Below are positions 13,870 to 25,958 of a stretch of 64,000 nucleotides of DNA, in pieces (position 1 is the first letter of the stretch; every line of letters starts with the position of its first letter). The DNA comes from Cetorhinus maximus (Eukaryota). Under the pieces are notes generated by a model. It was not told where the DNA came from, made no database searches, and saw nothing but the letters and a program-made list of their open reading frames with translations. The stretch is taken from NCBI RefSeq assembly GCF_964194155.1, contig NC_135880.1, positions 216,442,001 to 216,506,000 of the forward strand. Direction: 5' to 3'. Position numbers and translations under genes: made by a program.

Positions 13870-14320
13870 TTTTTCCTTTTTGCCACCACTGTCCCCTCCC
13901 CCCATCCCACCCCCACAAGGGCCATCTGTCATCTGTTCATGTTGTTCTTCCTAGAGTGCTTACCCTTGTCCTGCTATTATCACATTCTGTTTTCTGACCT
14001 TAATGTCACCATCAGCACCTCCTTTAGCCAGTACCACTACCATTAACACCCCCTTTGTCCTTATGTCCATGACATCTTTGGCAATCTCTCCTTTGCCCCA
14101 CCTATCACTGGCCTTCTTTCCAACTTCACCAGCTCCACCCCCACTTAAACAATATAAATTTCATCACATTTTTACATCTCTTTAGCTTTGAAGAAGAGCC
14201 ATCTGGGCTTGAAATGTTAACCATGTTTTTCTCTCCACAGATACTGTTAGACCTGCTGAATTTTTCCAGCATTTTCTGTTTTTGTTTCAGATTTCCAGCA
14301 CCCACAGTATTTTGCTTTTA
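13870..14320 (+). mobile_element. Older Penelope-like pseudo-LTR with hammerhead remnant
   Basis: Colinear with 21250-21630. Motif ttgaaga-agagcc-atct-gggctt-gaaatgttaacc at about 14187-14222. Confidence 0.75.
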
Positions 14321-14899
14321 AATTTAAAATCTGATTCTGAGCACTTCCTGGGCTCATTAGTACAGCAAAGACACAACACATAAGCAGAATGAAATAATTT
14401 TCATTAATCAAATGCAAGTCTTTCTTCTTTCGAATAGAAGACTGATTTGTTATTTCCAATGAACTGGTGGCAATGGAGAATAGCTTTCAGTGAGGGATAG
14501 GGTAGCTTTCAGTGGTCAATAGGTGATAGGCTGTTGTCTAGTTGCATCCCAATCCACTGTATGCTGCTTTTTGGCATTTTTGTTCAGTATATTACCACTA
14601 ATAAACTGCCCCATTTTCAAACTTAACAGACCTTGAAATGACAACATGATTTTTGTTGCTGAATGCCAAGATGTCAGTGCACACAGAATCCATATTCTAC
14701 TAGATCATAAATCTGACGTACCATTAACATCTGTGCAGGTAACTGAAGTTGTCCCCGGAGGTAGAGTGAAGGAGCTGAATTTGTATCAACAGAGCCAGTC
14801 AGAAGCAGACTATGCCTATTAACATGTCACCCACTGAGAAGGCTGAGACCATGACCTAAAACCATAGCTAAGAAAATATATAAAAAGATTAATAAGACC

Positions 14900-15575
14900 A
14901 TGAGAAAGCAAACAAAGCACGGGGGTTCATTTCTAGAGAGGTAGATTGAAAAGCAGAGAAGCTATGTTTAACTTATATATAACCTTGGTCAGACCACATT
15001 TGGAGTACTGTGAACAGTTCTGGTCTCCATGTTTTATAAAGGATACAGAGGCACAGTAAAAGGAGCCAAGATTCCAAATTCCAGAACAGAGATGTTATAC
15101 ATCTCAGGAAAGGATGTACACGTTGGGCTGCTTTTCTCAGGAAAGAGAATTAAGGCTGAGTGGGTGAGGGGTGGGGGCTGGGATTGGGGTGGGGGTGGGG
15201 TGGGGGGGTTCAGGGGGTGAAATGATAAAAATTTGAAAAGGTTTTATAGAGTAGACATAGAGGTGTTCCATTTGCGGTGGGGAAGATCAACACTTGGAGC
15301 CATAACTTTGAGATAGTCACTAAAAAAATCCAATTGGGAATTCAAAAGAAATTAATTAGAATGTGGAATTCACCAGCACAAGAAGTAGTTGAGGCAAGTA
15401 GCGTTTAACATTTCAAGGGAAAGTTAGATAAGCACATGAAGGAGAAAGAAACAGAAGGTTATTCTGATCGGGTTCGATGAAGAGGGCTGGGAGAAGGTGC
15501 ATGTGGAACATAAATACCAGCATTAACCAGTTGAGTTGAATGGCCTGTTACTGTGCTGCACTGTGTAATTCTGTA
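14900..15575 (+). mobile_element. CR1 LINE 3' fragment
   Basis: LYITLVRPHLEYCEQFWSP and a 3' UTR ending gaatggcctgttactgtgctg. Confidence 0.8.
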
Positions 15576-15859
15576 TAAAAATTCATTAGGCTCAAATTGA
15601 GGGAGAGGAGGACTCTGCCAATGCCTCATCAAAGCATCATTTCCTTCCCATCTGAACCCTCCAGAAGTCCCACTGGCCACTTTCCCCCACTCACCTGAGG
15701 ACAATGCTGAAGGGGAGCAGTACCTAGCCTTCCAGTCAATTTTATTCCATTCCACCCTTCTTACTGTCTCTTCCTAGGTTTATTTGGTGAGAAATGACAT
15801 AGGCCCAGGGTAGCAGCAGTAAGACCAGTATTTTGTAAATGGAGGGTGAGGGTCTGGCC

Positions 15860-15863
<4 letters not shown>

Positions 15864-15890
<27 letters not shown>

Positions 15891-15918
15891 ATTCTACCTC
15901 TCTCTCTCTCTCTCTCTC
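15864..15918. repeat. (CT)n microsatellite
   Basis: Two runs of ctctct. Confidence 0.95.
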
Positions 15919-16339
15919 CAGTTTCGCTCTGACACACTTTCAAGGCCTTGGCAGTCTACAAAACTGGTAGACTTCTTCACCTTTTCTGCCCCGAGCCTCT
16001 TTCTCCTATTCAACACTGACAGGATCAGTCTTAAATGGGCTTCCCTCCAGCAATCCGCTTTCTATGGCAAACAGATCATGACTCAGGAAAAGGGGGTTAG
16101 GCTTAGGGTGGAAACAAGTTGGGGGTCCCACCTCTTTGCACCTAGCTCCATCTTAAAGAGGACAGTGTCACTAGACTTTTCAACCATAGGGGGAATCGCA
16201 GTATCCATCCTGTCTTCCTCGCTTGATGTCCACACATGCACGTTTTCAAGCAGGGTTTGTCAGATGCTCACCTGGTGTAGCATGGCTGATTTACTTTTCT
16301 TTCCCAAACCCAGAGATGCAGAGACCATATGTAGCATTT

Positions 16340-17050
16340 AGAAGCATAGAAACTGCCCCTTGAGCCTGTTCTGCCTGTTTAATGAAATCATGGTTGACAT
16401 GTATCCTAACTCCATCCCTCCATGTTGGCCCCATTAATAGCCTTTACTTGCAAAAATCTATCGATCTAGATTTAAACTTATAAATTGAGCTAGCATCCAC
16501 TGCTCCTTGTGGGAGAGACTTTCACACGTCTACTGTTTTGTGTGAAGAAGTATTTCCTAACTTCTCTCCTGAATGGCCTGGTTCTGATTTTAAGGTTTAA
16601 TTCCTCTGGTCCTGAAGGTTTCTCTCTAGCTACCCTATCAATTCCTTTCAAAATCCCAAAAAACCTCAATCAACTCCTTAACCCTCTACACAAACTTAGT
16701 TTTTTTAAAAATCTCTTCTCATAATCTAACCCTTGGAGCCATGGTAATATTCTGGTGACTCTGTGCTTGTACTCCTTCAAAGGCCATTGTACAGAAGCTG
16801 TGGCTTCTGTACAAAATGCTCTGCAAGTGGCCTAATCAAGGCTTTGTAAAACTTAAGCAAAACCTCCTCCCTTTAAAGCCTTTCCCTTTAACAGGCTAAT
16901 ATATCCTTAGTCTTTCTGGGGCTTTTTTTATGTACCTGATTATTACATTTTGATAATCTATGTACATGAACCCTTAAATTTCTTTGGACCGCCACCATTC
17001 CTAACTTTTCACCATTGAAAAATACTCGGACCCATCCTGTTTTGATCCAA
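16340..17050 (-). mobile_element. CR1 LINE 3' fragment
   Basis: The minus strand gives RNLRVHVHRLSKC.., the end of ORF2 and a ttctatgcttct-type tail. Confidence 0.75.
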
Positions 17051-17084
17051 AATAAATGGGCTGACTCTTGCCAAAGTGTAGAGG

Positions 17085-18300
17085 ACCTTAGGCTGTATGT
17101 CCACAGATGCCCAAAAGGATCATGAACGAGAGGGCACAGATTGGTAAAAGAAGCAGAAGTAACATGAGGAAAAGCTCTCATTCATTCATCATGTGGTTAA
17201 GATCTGGAATGCACTGCCTGAGAGTGTGTTTTTTCCTATTCATTCTTTCATGAGATGTGGGTATCTTGCCAGCAGTGTTGCCCATCCATAATTGTCCTTG
17301 AACTGAGATGGCTTACTAGACCATTAAGAGACAATTACATTGCTGTGCATCTCAAGTCACATAGGCCAACAACAATCAATGATAGTTTCATGGCTACCAT
17401 TACTGAGAATAGCTTTAGATTTTTTATTAACCCAATTCAAATTACACCAGCTACTATGGTGGGATTTTGAAACCATATCCCCAGAATATTAGCCTGGATC
17501 TGTGGATTACTAGCTGAGTGACATTACCACTACACTATTATGTCCCCATAAGCATGGTGGAGGCAGCTTCAACTGAAGCATTCAAAAGGGAAAGAGGCTG
17601 AAGATGAAAAATGTGCAAGGTTAATGGGAGGAGGTAGGAGAATGGCACTAATTGCCCATTCGGAGCACCGGTGCAGAAACAATGGGCCGAACACTGTAAC
17701 AATTCTGTGATTCTGAGATCCCTGAAGGTAGCCTTACAGGTAGATAAGGAGGCATATGGGGTACTTTCCTTTCTTGGTTGGGGCATAGATATGAGAAAGG
17801 AGATTATGCTAGAACTACATTAAACATTAGCTAGTCCACAGCTAGAGTAATATGTACAGTTCTGTTCACCACATTCCAGGTAGAATGTGATCACACTTGA
17901 CAGGGAGGAGATTTCTGATGATGGCTCCAGGAATGGAGAATTTGGTCATGAGGAAAGATTGAATAGGCTGAGGTCCTTTGGAATAGAGGGGGGCTGAGGG
18001 AAGATTTAATGGTGGTGTATAATATTATGAAGGGCCTAGCTAGGATAGGAAGGACATATTTTCCTTAGCAGAGAGGTCAATATCCAGGAGGCATAGATTT
18101 AAAGGATAGAGGGACTAAAGGGGAGTTGGGAAATTATTTCACCCAGAAGGTGGCAGGGGTCTGGATCTCGCTCCTTGAGAGGGTGGTAAGGGCAGATATC
18201 CTCATCACATTGGATGTGCATTTGAAGTGCGCAACCTAGAGGCCCATGGACCAAGAGATGAAAAGTAGGATAAAGTTGGATAGTCCTTTTCCAACAAAAG
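17085..18300 (+). mobile_element. Two CR1 3' fragments in tandem, the first interrupted by a SINE
   Basis: First fragment: gagggcacagattggtaaaag..atctggaatgcactgcctgag..tctgtgattct tail. Second: LARPQLEY.VQF.SPH-like sequence at about 17825-17880. Confidence 0.7.
17240..17538 (-). mobile_element. tRNA-head SINE sharing its 3' tail with the CR1-group LINE
   Basis: Reverse complement of the 25640-25958 type (tagtggtaatgtcact..ctagtaatcc head). Confidence 0.7.
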
Positions 18301-19834
18301 TTCAAATTGGTTTGTTATACACGACCTATCCTTTATAAATCCATGTTGCTCTCTCTCTCTATTCAGCTTAAATTTCTCTAAAAGTGTTCAGTTTCTCTCT
18401 GTCCTTAACTGTAAATTCCAATAACTTCCCTTCAATATACGTAAGTCTAACAAGTCTATAATTTTCTGGTGTCTCTCTCCCTTAACACAATTAATATAAT
18501 GCTGTTCAAAGGAATGCAAGATTTCAGGGCCAACGCACAATAGAATATTTCAGACTCGGGGGTAGAAATATGGATTTGTGTGCAATATTGCCATACTGTT
18601 TGTGTCAAGCTACCATCTTTTGAGACAAAACCCAATTCTGTTGCATGCGGTGAGCTCGCAAAAGGTAATTCAAACACATTTTCCCAAAATGCCACTTCAA
18701 GTCCTGCGGATTAAATGTTCCCTTTAATTCATGCATAACACTAATGCATGGAATGAAAGACATCAATTGCTCTTGAAGTTTAACTCAGCCAGCAGAACAT
18801 AACATCTAATCAAACATTGAATGCTAAAGGGTTGAACAGATGTTTTGCCATTTGTTATGACCCTCTCCCAGGGTTGCCCTGCTCTTTGAAGCCTTTACAT
18901 TCTACATTCACAACCTTGAACTTTATGCAAAATAAATCTATGCCACACCAACTCATAGAGCGTGTAAAGCTTCTGGTTGACTAATTAATTACATCTCCTG
19001 GGAGCAGAGAGTGAATGATTCAGGAGCTTGTTTTAGCTTATGAAGTAAATTATTGCACTTGCAACCTTACAGCCATCAGCTCCGAGGGTTTAATAATATG
19101 ACCACAGTGTTGGTCAAAGTACTACTGCTTGAAATGTTTTCCCTCTTTTTCAATTAAGCTTGTTTGGAAGTGATGGGTAGGTTTGTTGCTTGTTATCACA
19201 TCAATGATTCAAAGATCATCTCTTTTCTGCATATTTCACTCTCTTTGTTCTTGTTACTGGGCCCTCTACACATCCTACATCTGGAAAAGTAAGCCAACAG
19301 TCAGAGATTACAACTTCTGTCACCACTTTCCTGACACATATTTGTTTGTTGGGTTAATAACTCTTCAGGGAATATTTTTTCTTCCACACACCCAGAAGTA
19401 GTTCCATTCTATACCTGCAATGATAGTCTGAGACGGTTTTCATTAATGCTGAGGAAATTAAGGTGTCATTTGATAAAAGTGTTTAAAATAATGAACTGGT
19501 GGGATAGAGTAAATAAAAAAATGACTATTTTCAATGTTGAGGTAGTTGGAACAAAGCAAAATAGGTAGATGATTAATTAAGGACAGGAAGCAAGAGATAC
19601 ATTTTTGCACATTAAGGCTGCGCACTGCACCACTGGGGTTAGTGGCTGCACACACTATGCTGAGATAGCTGGTTAAAAGTAAGGGGAATGAAGGGATAGG
19701 ATTAGCTCTACTGTTCCCGTGTCATTCTTCAATGTACAGTGTGATTCCCAATTAAGAAACACTGAGATGCAGTATGTCTCAATTAATCTCACTTAACTTA
19801 AATTCAGGAACTACCAATCCAGATCCAAATATAT

Positions 19835-19965
19835 ATAAGATAAAAACAAAAAACTGCGGATGCTGGAAATCCAAAACAAAAACAGAAATACCTGGAAAAA
19901 CTCAGCAGGTCTGGCAGCATCGGCGGAGAAGAGCAAAGTTGACGTTTCGAGGACTCGAATTTTGT
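19835..19965 (-). mobile_element. Penelope-like short insertion (fold-back with collapsed second arm)
   Basis: One full arm, then gacgtttcgag|gactcgaa-ttttgt. 11-bp TSD tccaaatatat at 19824 and 19966. Confidence 0.85.
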
Positions 19966-20917
19966 TCCAAATATATCTAATTCACAGATTCCCAGTTACT
20001 TTCCACTTGCCCTGTGTTATGCAGAATTTCAATCAGCTCAAACATTTCCCATTCAATGTAAAGAATGTCTAAATCATTTGAAGACTGAAAAAGAATTTCA
20101 GCTACCAGATATGCTTTCAAAAGTCAAAGTGTTACAAAAAAAATTATTATTGATCTTTGGACACTTTAAGCAGTCAGTATAGATGATATCCTCAAGAGTA
20201 CTAGTTTAAAGGAATCTGCAATTGTTAACCTATTTAAAATAAAGAGGCTAATGTTTTTAAAATGTTCTGAGTTTTGCAGAACAAAAGCAAAAGAGTGTTA
20301 AAATTAACCGTGCTTCTTTGTAACAGGCCTTTTGAGATTGATGGTGATCGAGGAGAACATTAGACACAAGCCTTTCATCACTGGTGCCCGAGATTCATAG
20401 CCAGCCAAGAATGTTAGTTCTGTTAAATTTCTGGTGGCTGTAAGGTTTCTATGTGGAAATAAGATTATCCACACTCCAGTTTCTGGTGTTCACAACTGGC
20501 ACACAGCTACATGTAGAAAGACCACAAATGAGCTGATATGGAAAAATGTAGCCCTTCAGAGACTGGCTTCAGGCAGTGAAAGCTTTTCTCTGCATCTACA
20601 CAGAGTGAGACTGTTTGAATATATGACTCTTATCCAAGTATTAAATATTTTCAAAACAAAAATAAAAATACCTGGAAAAACTCAGCGGGTCTGGCAGCAT
20701 CTGCGGAGAAGTTAACATTTCGAGTCCGTATGACTCTTCAACAGAACTAAGTAAAAATAGAAAAGGGGTGAAATATAAGCTGGTTTAAGGGGGGTGGAGG
20801 TGGGACAGGTAGAGTTGGATAGAGGGCCAGTGATAGGTGGAGATAGCCAAAAGATGTCATAGACAAAAGGACAAAGAGGTGTTGAAGGTGGTGATATTAT
20901 GGTGATGATATTACCTT

Positions 20918-21124
20918 CGGTCTGTCCGCAAACATGACCCAGACCTCCCTGTCGCTTGCCATTTCAACACTCCACCCTGCTCTCATGCCCACATGTCCGT
21001 TCTTGGCCTGCTGCATTGTTCCAGTGAAGCTAAATGCAAACTGGAGGAACAGCACCTCATCTTCCGACTAGGCACTTTACAGCCTTCCGGACTGAATATT
21101 GAGTTCAACAATTTTAGATCATGA
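20918..21124 (+). pseudogene. C-terminus of Penelope-type GIY-YIG endonuclease
   Basis: RSVRKHDPDLPVACHFNTPPCSHAHMSVLGLLHCSSEAKCKLEEQHLIFRLGTLQPSGLNIEFNNFRS* contains the PLE motifs VAxHF, E.xxI.xLxTxxPxGLN. Confidence 0.9.
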
Positions 21125-21500
21125 ACTCTCTCCTCTATCCCCACCCACTTTCCGATCCCCCTCCTTTTTTTTCCAATAATTTATATAGATTTTTCTTTTC
21201 CCACCTATTTCCATTATTTTTAAATGTATTTCCATCCATTGTTTTATCTCTACCTTTTAGCCTTTTTTGATTCCTTCACCCCACTCCATCCCCACTAGGG
21301 CTACCTGTACCTTGCTTGTCCTGCTTTCTACCCTTAATTAGCACATTCCTTAGATAATATCACCACCTTCAACACCTCTTTGTTCTTTTGTCTATGACAT
21401 CTTTTGGCTATCTCCACCTATCACTGGCCCTCTTTCCAGGTCTACTTGTCCCACCTCTCCTTAAACCAGCTTATATTTCACCTCCCTTCTATTTTTACTT

Positions 21501-21539
21501 AGTTCTGTTGAAGAGTCATACGGACTCGAAACGTTAACT
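21501..21539 (+). ncRNA. Minimal hammerhead ribozyme motif in the pseudo-LTR
   Basis: AGUU-CUGUUGA-A-GAGUC-auacg-GACUC-GAAAC-GUU-AACU: helix I AGUU/AACU, helix II GAGUC/GACUC, minimal palindromic ACGU at helix III. Antisense copy at about 20710-20748. Confidence 0.7.
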
Positions 21540-22092
21540 GTGTTCCTCTCCGCAGATGCTGCCAGACCTGCTGAGTTTTTCCAGGTATTTTTATTTTTAT
21601 TTTGGATTTCCAGCAGTTTTTTGCTTTTATATTAAATATTTTCAAATTGTTCATTACAAATAGCAGAGAAACACAGCAGCCAATTAGCACATATAAAGCC
21701 CCCCAAAAAGCAGTGAGGTAAACGACGCAAGAATTCGTTTTTCCGGTGATATCATTGAGGGCTAAATGTTCGCTTGGACATCGGTAAAATTTTCCTTCTC
21801 TTCTTTGAATAATGTGTGGGATCTTTTACGCTGAGAGGGCAGAAAGGGTTAATGTCTTATCCAAAAATTGGGACCTCCAACACTGCAGCACTCAATACTC
21901 CATCGGGCTTGCGTACCCAAGATTCTGCACCCAGTTGTACCACTACATCCAAGCCGTCAAGTGGAAAGACCCTCAGTAACAGTCAATCTGTCACTGCTGC
22001 AGTGGTATTTCCCAAACCTGCCCCTTCGTTAATGTTACTAATGTCAGGTCAGACCTACAGAGGCCCTTTCACCCACCAATGGCTCCAACTGA

Positions 22093-22245
22093 TGAAAGCA
22101 AAATACTGCAGATGCTGGAAACCTGAAATAAAAACATAGAGCTCTGAAGGAGAGTCATGCAGACTCGAAACGTCAACCCTGTTTCTATCTCCACAGACCT
22201 GCAGCCAGACCTGCCGAGTTTTTCCAGCATTTTCTGCTTTTATTA
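22093..22245. mobile_element. Older fold-back Penelope-like remnant with HHR motif
   Basis: Inverted ends. Motif ctgaagg-agagtc-atgca-gactc-gaaacgtcaac. TSD gctccaa(c/t)tga at 22082 and 22248. Confidence 0.75.
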
Positions 22246-23255
22246 CTGCTCCAATTGAATTGCAAGTTGATCAGTAATACGTTGGAAAAAAATAGTCGTG
22301 TCATCCATTTTCCGGTAATGTTCATTAACCCATTTTAGAGGAGTATGAGATTCTTAGTGCAGAGCTGAACATGGCTGAATGAGCTGTCCATGCTTTGTAT
22401 CAGCATTGCTCCACTTTGTACTTTTTCACTGAAATTAGTAATAAGGGGGAAATACAGTAACAAAATTTTGAATTGGCAATTAAGAACACATTCGTGCTAA
22501 TCTACAATCATACACTGGGCTTTGAGGTAACCTATAATAGTTTTTAATTGAAGAGAAGTGAACAAGAAACTTAAGCAGTGCGGGATTACATCATCTGAAG
22601 AGGTAATTTACCAGAGTTACCATGGCGAGGGACCCAAAATTAATATGCACAATCAACATTACTGAAACCATCATCACTGACTATATAAAGAATGCTGACA
22701 ATATCATAGAAACCTGTTATCAGGGGTTGCTGAACCCAATAGAGTGAAGGGGCTGGATTACATCAACAGAACCACTACAATGACACAGGTCAGAGGCTCA
22801 TTATTCTGTGACAAGTAACTCATCTCCTAACTCCCCAATGCCTGTCTACAAGGCATAAGTCAGGTGTGTGATGGAATACTCTCCACTTGCTTGGATGAGC
22901 GAAAATCCAACATCACTCAAGAAGCTTGACACCATCCAGGAAAAAGCAGTCTGCTCGATCGGCACCCCAGCAACCATCTTAAGCATTCACTCCCTCCCCT
23001 ACCAGTGCACAATGGCAGCAATATGTAACATCTACAAGATGCACTGCGGAAACTTGCCAAGTGTTCCTGGAAAGTACCTTCCAAAACCACAACCTCTACC
23101 ACTGAGAAGGACAAGGGCAGCAGATGCATGGGAACACCACCACCTGCAGCTTCCCCTCCAAGTCACAAACTATTCTGACTTCAAGCTATATTGTTGTTCC
23201 TTCGTTGTTGCTGGGTCACAATCCTGGAACTTCCTCCCTAACAGCTCTGTGGGTC

Positions 23256-23720
23256 CTTTTTTTAATATTTGTGTATGGGGTGTGGGCATCACCAGTAAGG
23301 CCAGCATTTCTTGCCCATCCTTTGAGAACAGTTAAGTCAACCACATGTAGGCCAGACCAGGTAAGGATGGCAGATTTCCTTCCCTAAAGAGCAGATGGGT
23401 TTTTACAACAATCAATTGTTACAATTACTGAGGCTAGCTTTCAATTCCAGATTATTTTATTTGAATTTAAATTCCACCAGCTGCCATGGTGAGACTTGAA
23501 TAAGTGTCCCCAGAGCATTATAATATAAAAGCAAAATACTGCAGATGCTGGAAATCTGAAACAAGATCAGAAAATGCTGGAAACACTCAGCAGGTCTAAC
23601 AGCATCTGTGGAGAGAAAGACAGAGTTAACGTTTCGAGTCTGTATGACTCTTCTTCAAAGCATTAGCCTGGCCCTCTGGATGGCTAGTCCAGTGACATTG
23701 CCACTATGTCCTCATCTCCT
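23256..23720 (-). mobile_element. tRNA-head SINE nested in the LINE
   Basis: Reverse complement of the 25640-25958 type, split at agcatta. Confidence 0.8.
23521..23658 (-). mobile_element. Penelope-like 3' end with HHR motif, nested in the SINE
   Basis: Minus strand ttgaaga-agagtc-atac-agactc-gaaacgttaact. TSD agcatta at 23514 and 23659. Confidence 0.85.
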
Positions 23721-23864
23721 CACAGGATAGGCTGCAGCAGCTCAAGAAGGCAGGTCACCAATGGCAAATAGGGGTGGGCAATAAATGCTGACATTGCCAC
23801 AGGTGCCCACATTCCAAAAAAAAAATGTTATTAATCTGTGATGAGCCTTTGGTCAAGTTGTGGG

Positions 23865-24385
23865 ACTAGAGAAACTGGGGTTACTCTCCTTAAAGCAGAG
23901 AAGGTTAAGAGGAGATTTAATAGAGGTGTTCATAATCATGAAGGGTTTTGATAGAGTAAATAAGCAGAAACTGTATCCATAACAAAAGGGTTGGTAACCA
24001 AAGGACACAGGTTTAAGATGACTAGCAAAGGAACAAGAGGTGGGATGAGGATTTTTTTCCCACCCAGTAGGCTGTTCTGATCTGGAATGCCCTGCCTGAA
24101 AGGATGGTGGAAGCAGATTCAATAATAAATTTCTAAAGGGACTTGGATAAACACTTGAGGGGGGAAAAGTCGCAGTGCTCTGGGAAAAGGGCAGGGGAGT
24201 GGGGGCTTATCTGACGAAGAGTTGGCATTCGCTAGAAGGACCGAATGGCCTCCTTCTGGTCCCACCCACCGCGGGACCGGAACTTCCTGCCCAAAGCCAG
24301 CGGCTGGTCCGTCAAATTTTCTGTCCCTCCCGCGTCGATGCCCACTATGGGAGGGACAGGAAAATCCCAGCCTAATGATTCTATA
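23865..24385 (+). mobile_element. CR1 3' end with a Harbinger-MITE remnant (about 24258-24373) in its tail
   Basis: LEKLGLLSLKQRRLRGDLIEVFIIMKGFDRV, and a MITE end caggaaaatcccagcc. Confidence 0.75.
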
Positions 24386-25639
24386 ACTGTGGAATGATTA
24401 ACGCAGGGGGACTTGCATCATCTGCTCATTCAATTGTATACATTTAATTAAGCTCCCTAACACAGTTAGCCAAAGCATGGTTCCTATATCTCACTGTTTA
24501 AAGAAAGGGGTTACACAAAACGCATGCACATGTGTGTACAGAAAGTGAAAAAATAAATACATAAACAATGCAAAAATATAATCCAAATAGACAATTATCT
24601 GGTATTTGTTTAAGTTTATATTTCAGCTTCTCCTCTCCTCTCCTATTGGCTCTCTCACTGGGGTACATTTCCACAGGCAACAATGTTAAAATATTCGAAA
24701 ATTCAGCATGGGCAAGGTCACTTGACACTCATTGAACTGTTTTAATTCTGGGACCCTTTCAGTCCACACTGAGAGTAGCATTTGTTTTATGCTGGGATGC
24801 ATAATTATGACGTGCATGGTTTTTTTCTTTGGAAGTGAACAGATAGCAGCTGGAATATTACTGAAAGGCCTGCGGTATCAGTCAATATTTATGTCAGTGG
24901 CTGATCAGGAACAAAGATAAATTGCACAATGAGAGCCACGTAACTTCAGCTACACCACACACTGATGGCATGGAACGATTGGGCTTGGTGACGTCTGCCA
25001 GCTTGGCCCCAGGCTACCTAAAGAACGTCAGCTTCTACAATGATACTCAAAGCACTGCTAATCGGTACAGCAGCTTCCATCTCTCTGAAGATCTGATGGA
25101 ATATTACCACCTTTAAGGGTCACTTCACAAGTTCATTGAAAACTGCTTCCAAATGTGTGGTGTTTAACAACACTGACCAAAAGTACCTGCTTTAAATTCT
25201 TTAGTTGGAAGCATTTCGTCAGTGGTGCCAACAGTAGCGTTTTAGATGAATACTTTTTTGTCAAGTACTAAACAGGAAACCGATGACTCGGATAAATGAG
25301 TGAACCAGATGGGCCCTGAAGCACCTCAAAAGGATAGATTTTCAAATACAATGCAAATATCTTTGCACATAGGAGAACGTTTAGTGTTAACAGAACTTAA
25401 TAGAGAATAAATGGGTGTCAGCACAAATATATGAATACTATTTAATTTTTACAGATTTCAAGCCCCTAATTAACCATTTGCTTGCCAGCAAGAAAGTAAA
25501 CAGTGAGGATTGGGCCTATCTGCTCGACTACTTCAGCCTCCTCTCCTTTTTTGGCATTCCCTTCCCAACCTACTCCCCACCCAGGTTGCATTCTAGTCTG
25601 GAATCAAGTTGTGGATGAACCAAGACTTTGCCCAAGTTG

Positions 25640-25958
25640 ATGCACAGTGAGGTAGTGGTAATGTCACTGGACTAGTAATCCAGAGGCCCTGGCTAATCCT
25701 CTGGGGACATGGGTTCAAATCCCACTATTTCAGCTGGCGGAATTAGAATTAGTGGTGACCATGAAACCATCATTGACTGTTGTAAAAACCCATCATTAAT
25801 GCCCCTTTAGGGAAGGAAATATGCTGTCCTTAACTGGTCTACATGTGAAATCTGGCCTATGTGTGACTTCAGACCCAAAGCAATGTGGTTAACTGTCCTC
25901 TGAAAAATGGCCTAGCAAGGCAATTAGAGATGGGTGACAAGTGCTGCCCACACCCCTG
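25640..25958 (+). mobile_element. tRNA-head SINE with LINE-derived tail
   Basis: A-box-like tagtggtaatgtcactgg, B-box ggttcaaatccc, body tgtaaaaaccc..tttagggaaggaaat..gcaatgtggtt, tail ggcaattagagatggg. Confidence 0.8.

Larger units (their letters stand above)
20653..21630 (+). mobile_element. 5'-truncated Penelope-like element with inverted pseudo-LTR
   Basis: About 250-bp inverted repeat (20653-20900 vs 21354-21605) around an ORF remnant. Unpaired 3' tail of about 30 nt. TSD tattaaatattttcaaa at 20639 and 21630. Confidence 0.92.
22770..23830 (+). mobile_element. CR1-group LINE 3' fragment hosting a SINE and a Penelope piece
   Basis: YKA.VRCVMEYSPLAWMS..LKKLDTIQEKA. The sequence resumes at about 23725 (gctgcagcagctcaagaaggcag..cccacattccaaaaaa). 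Confidence 0.85.

Noticed and set aside
15160-15218. G-quadruplex-like G-run tract (also C-runs at about 1590-1655)
   Set aside because: Low-complexity expansion inside or next to old repeats, with no evidence of function.
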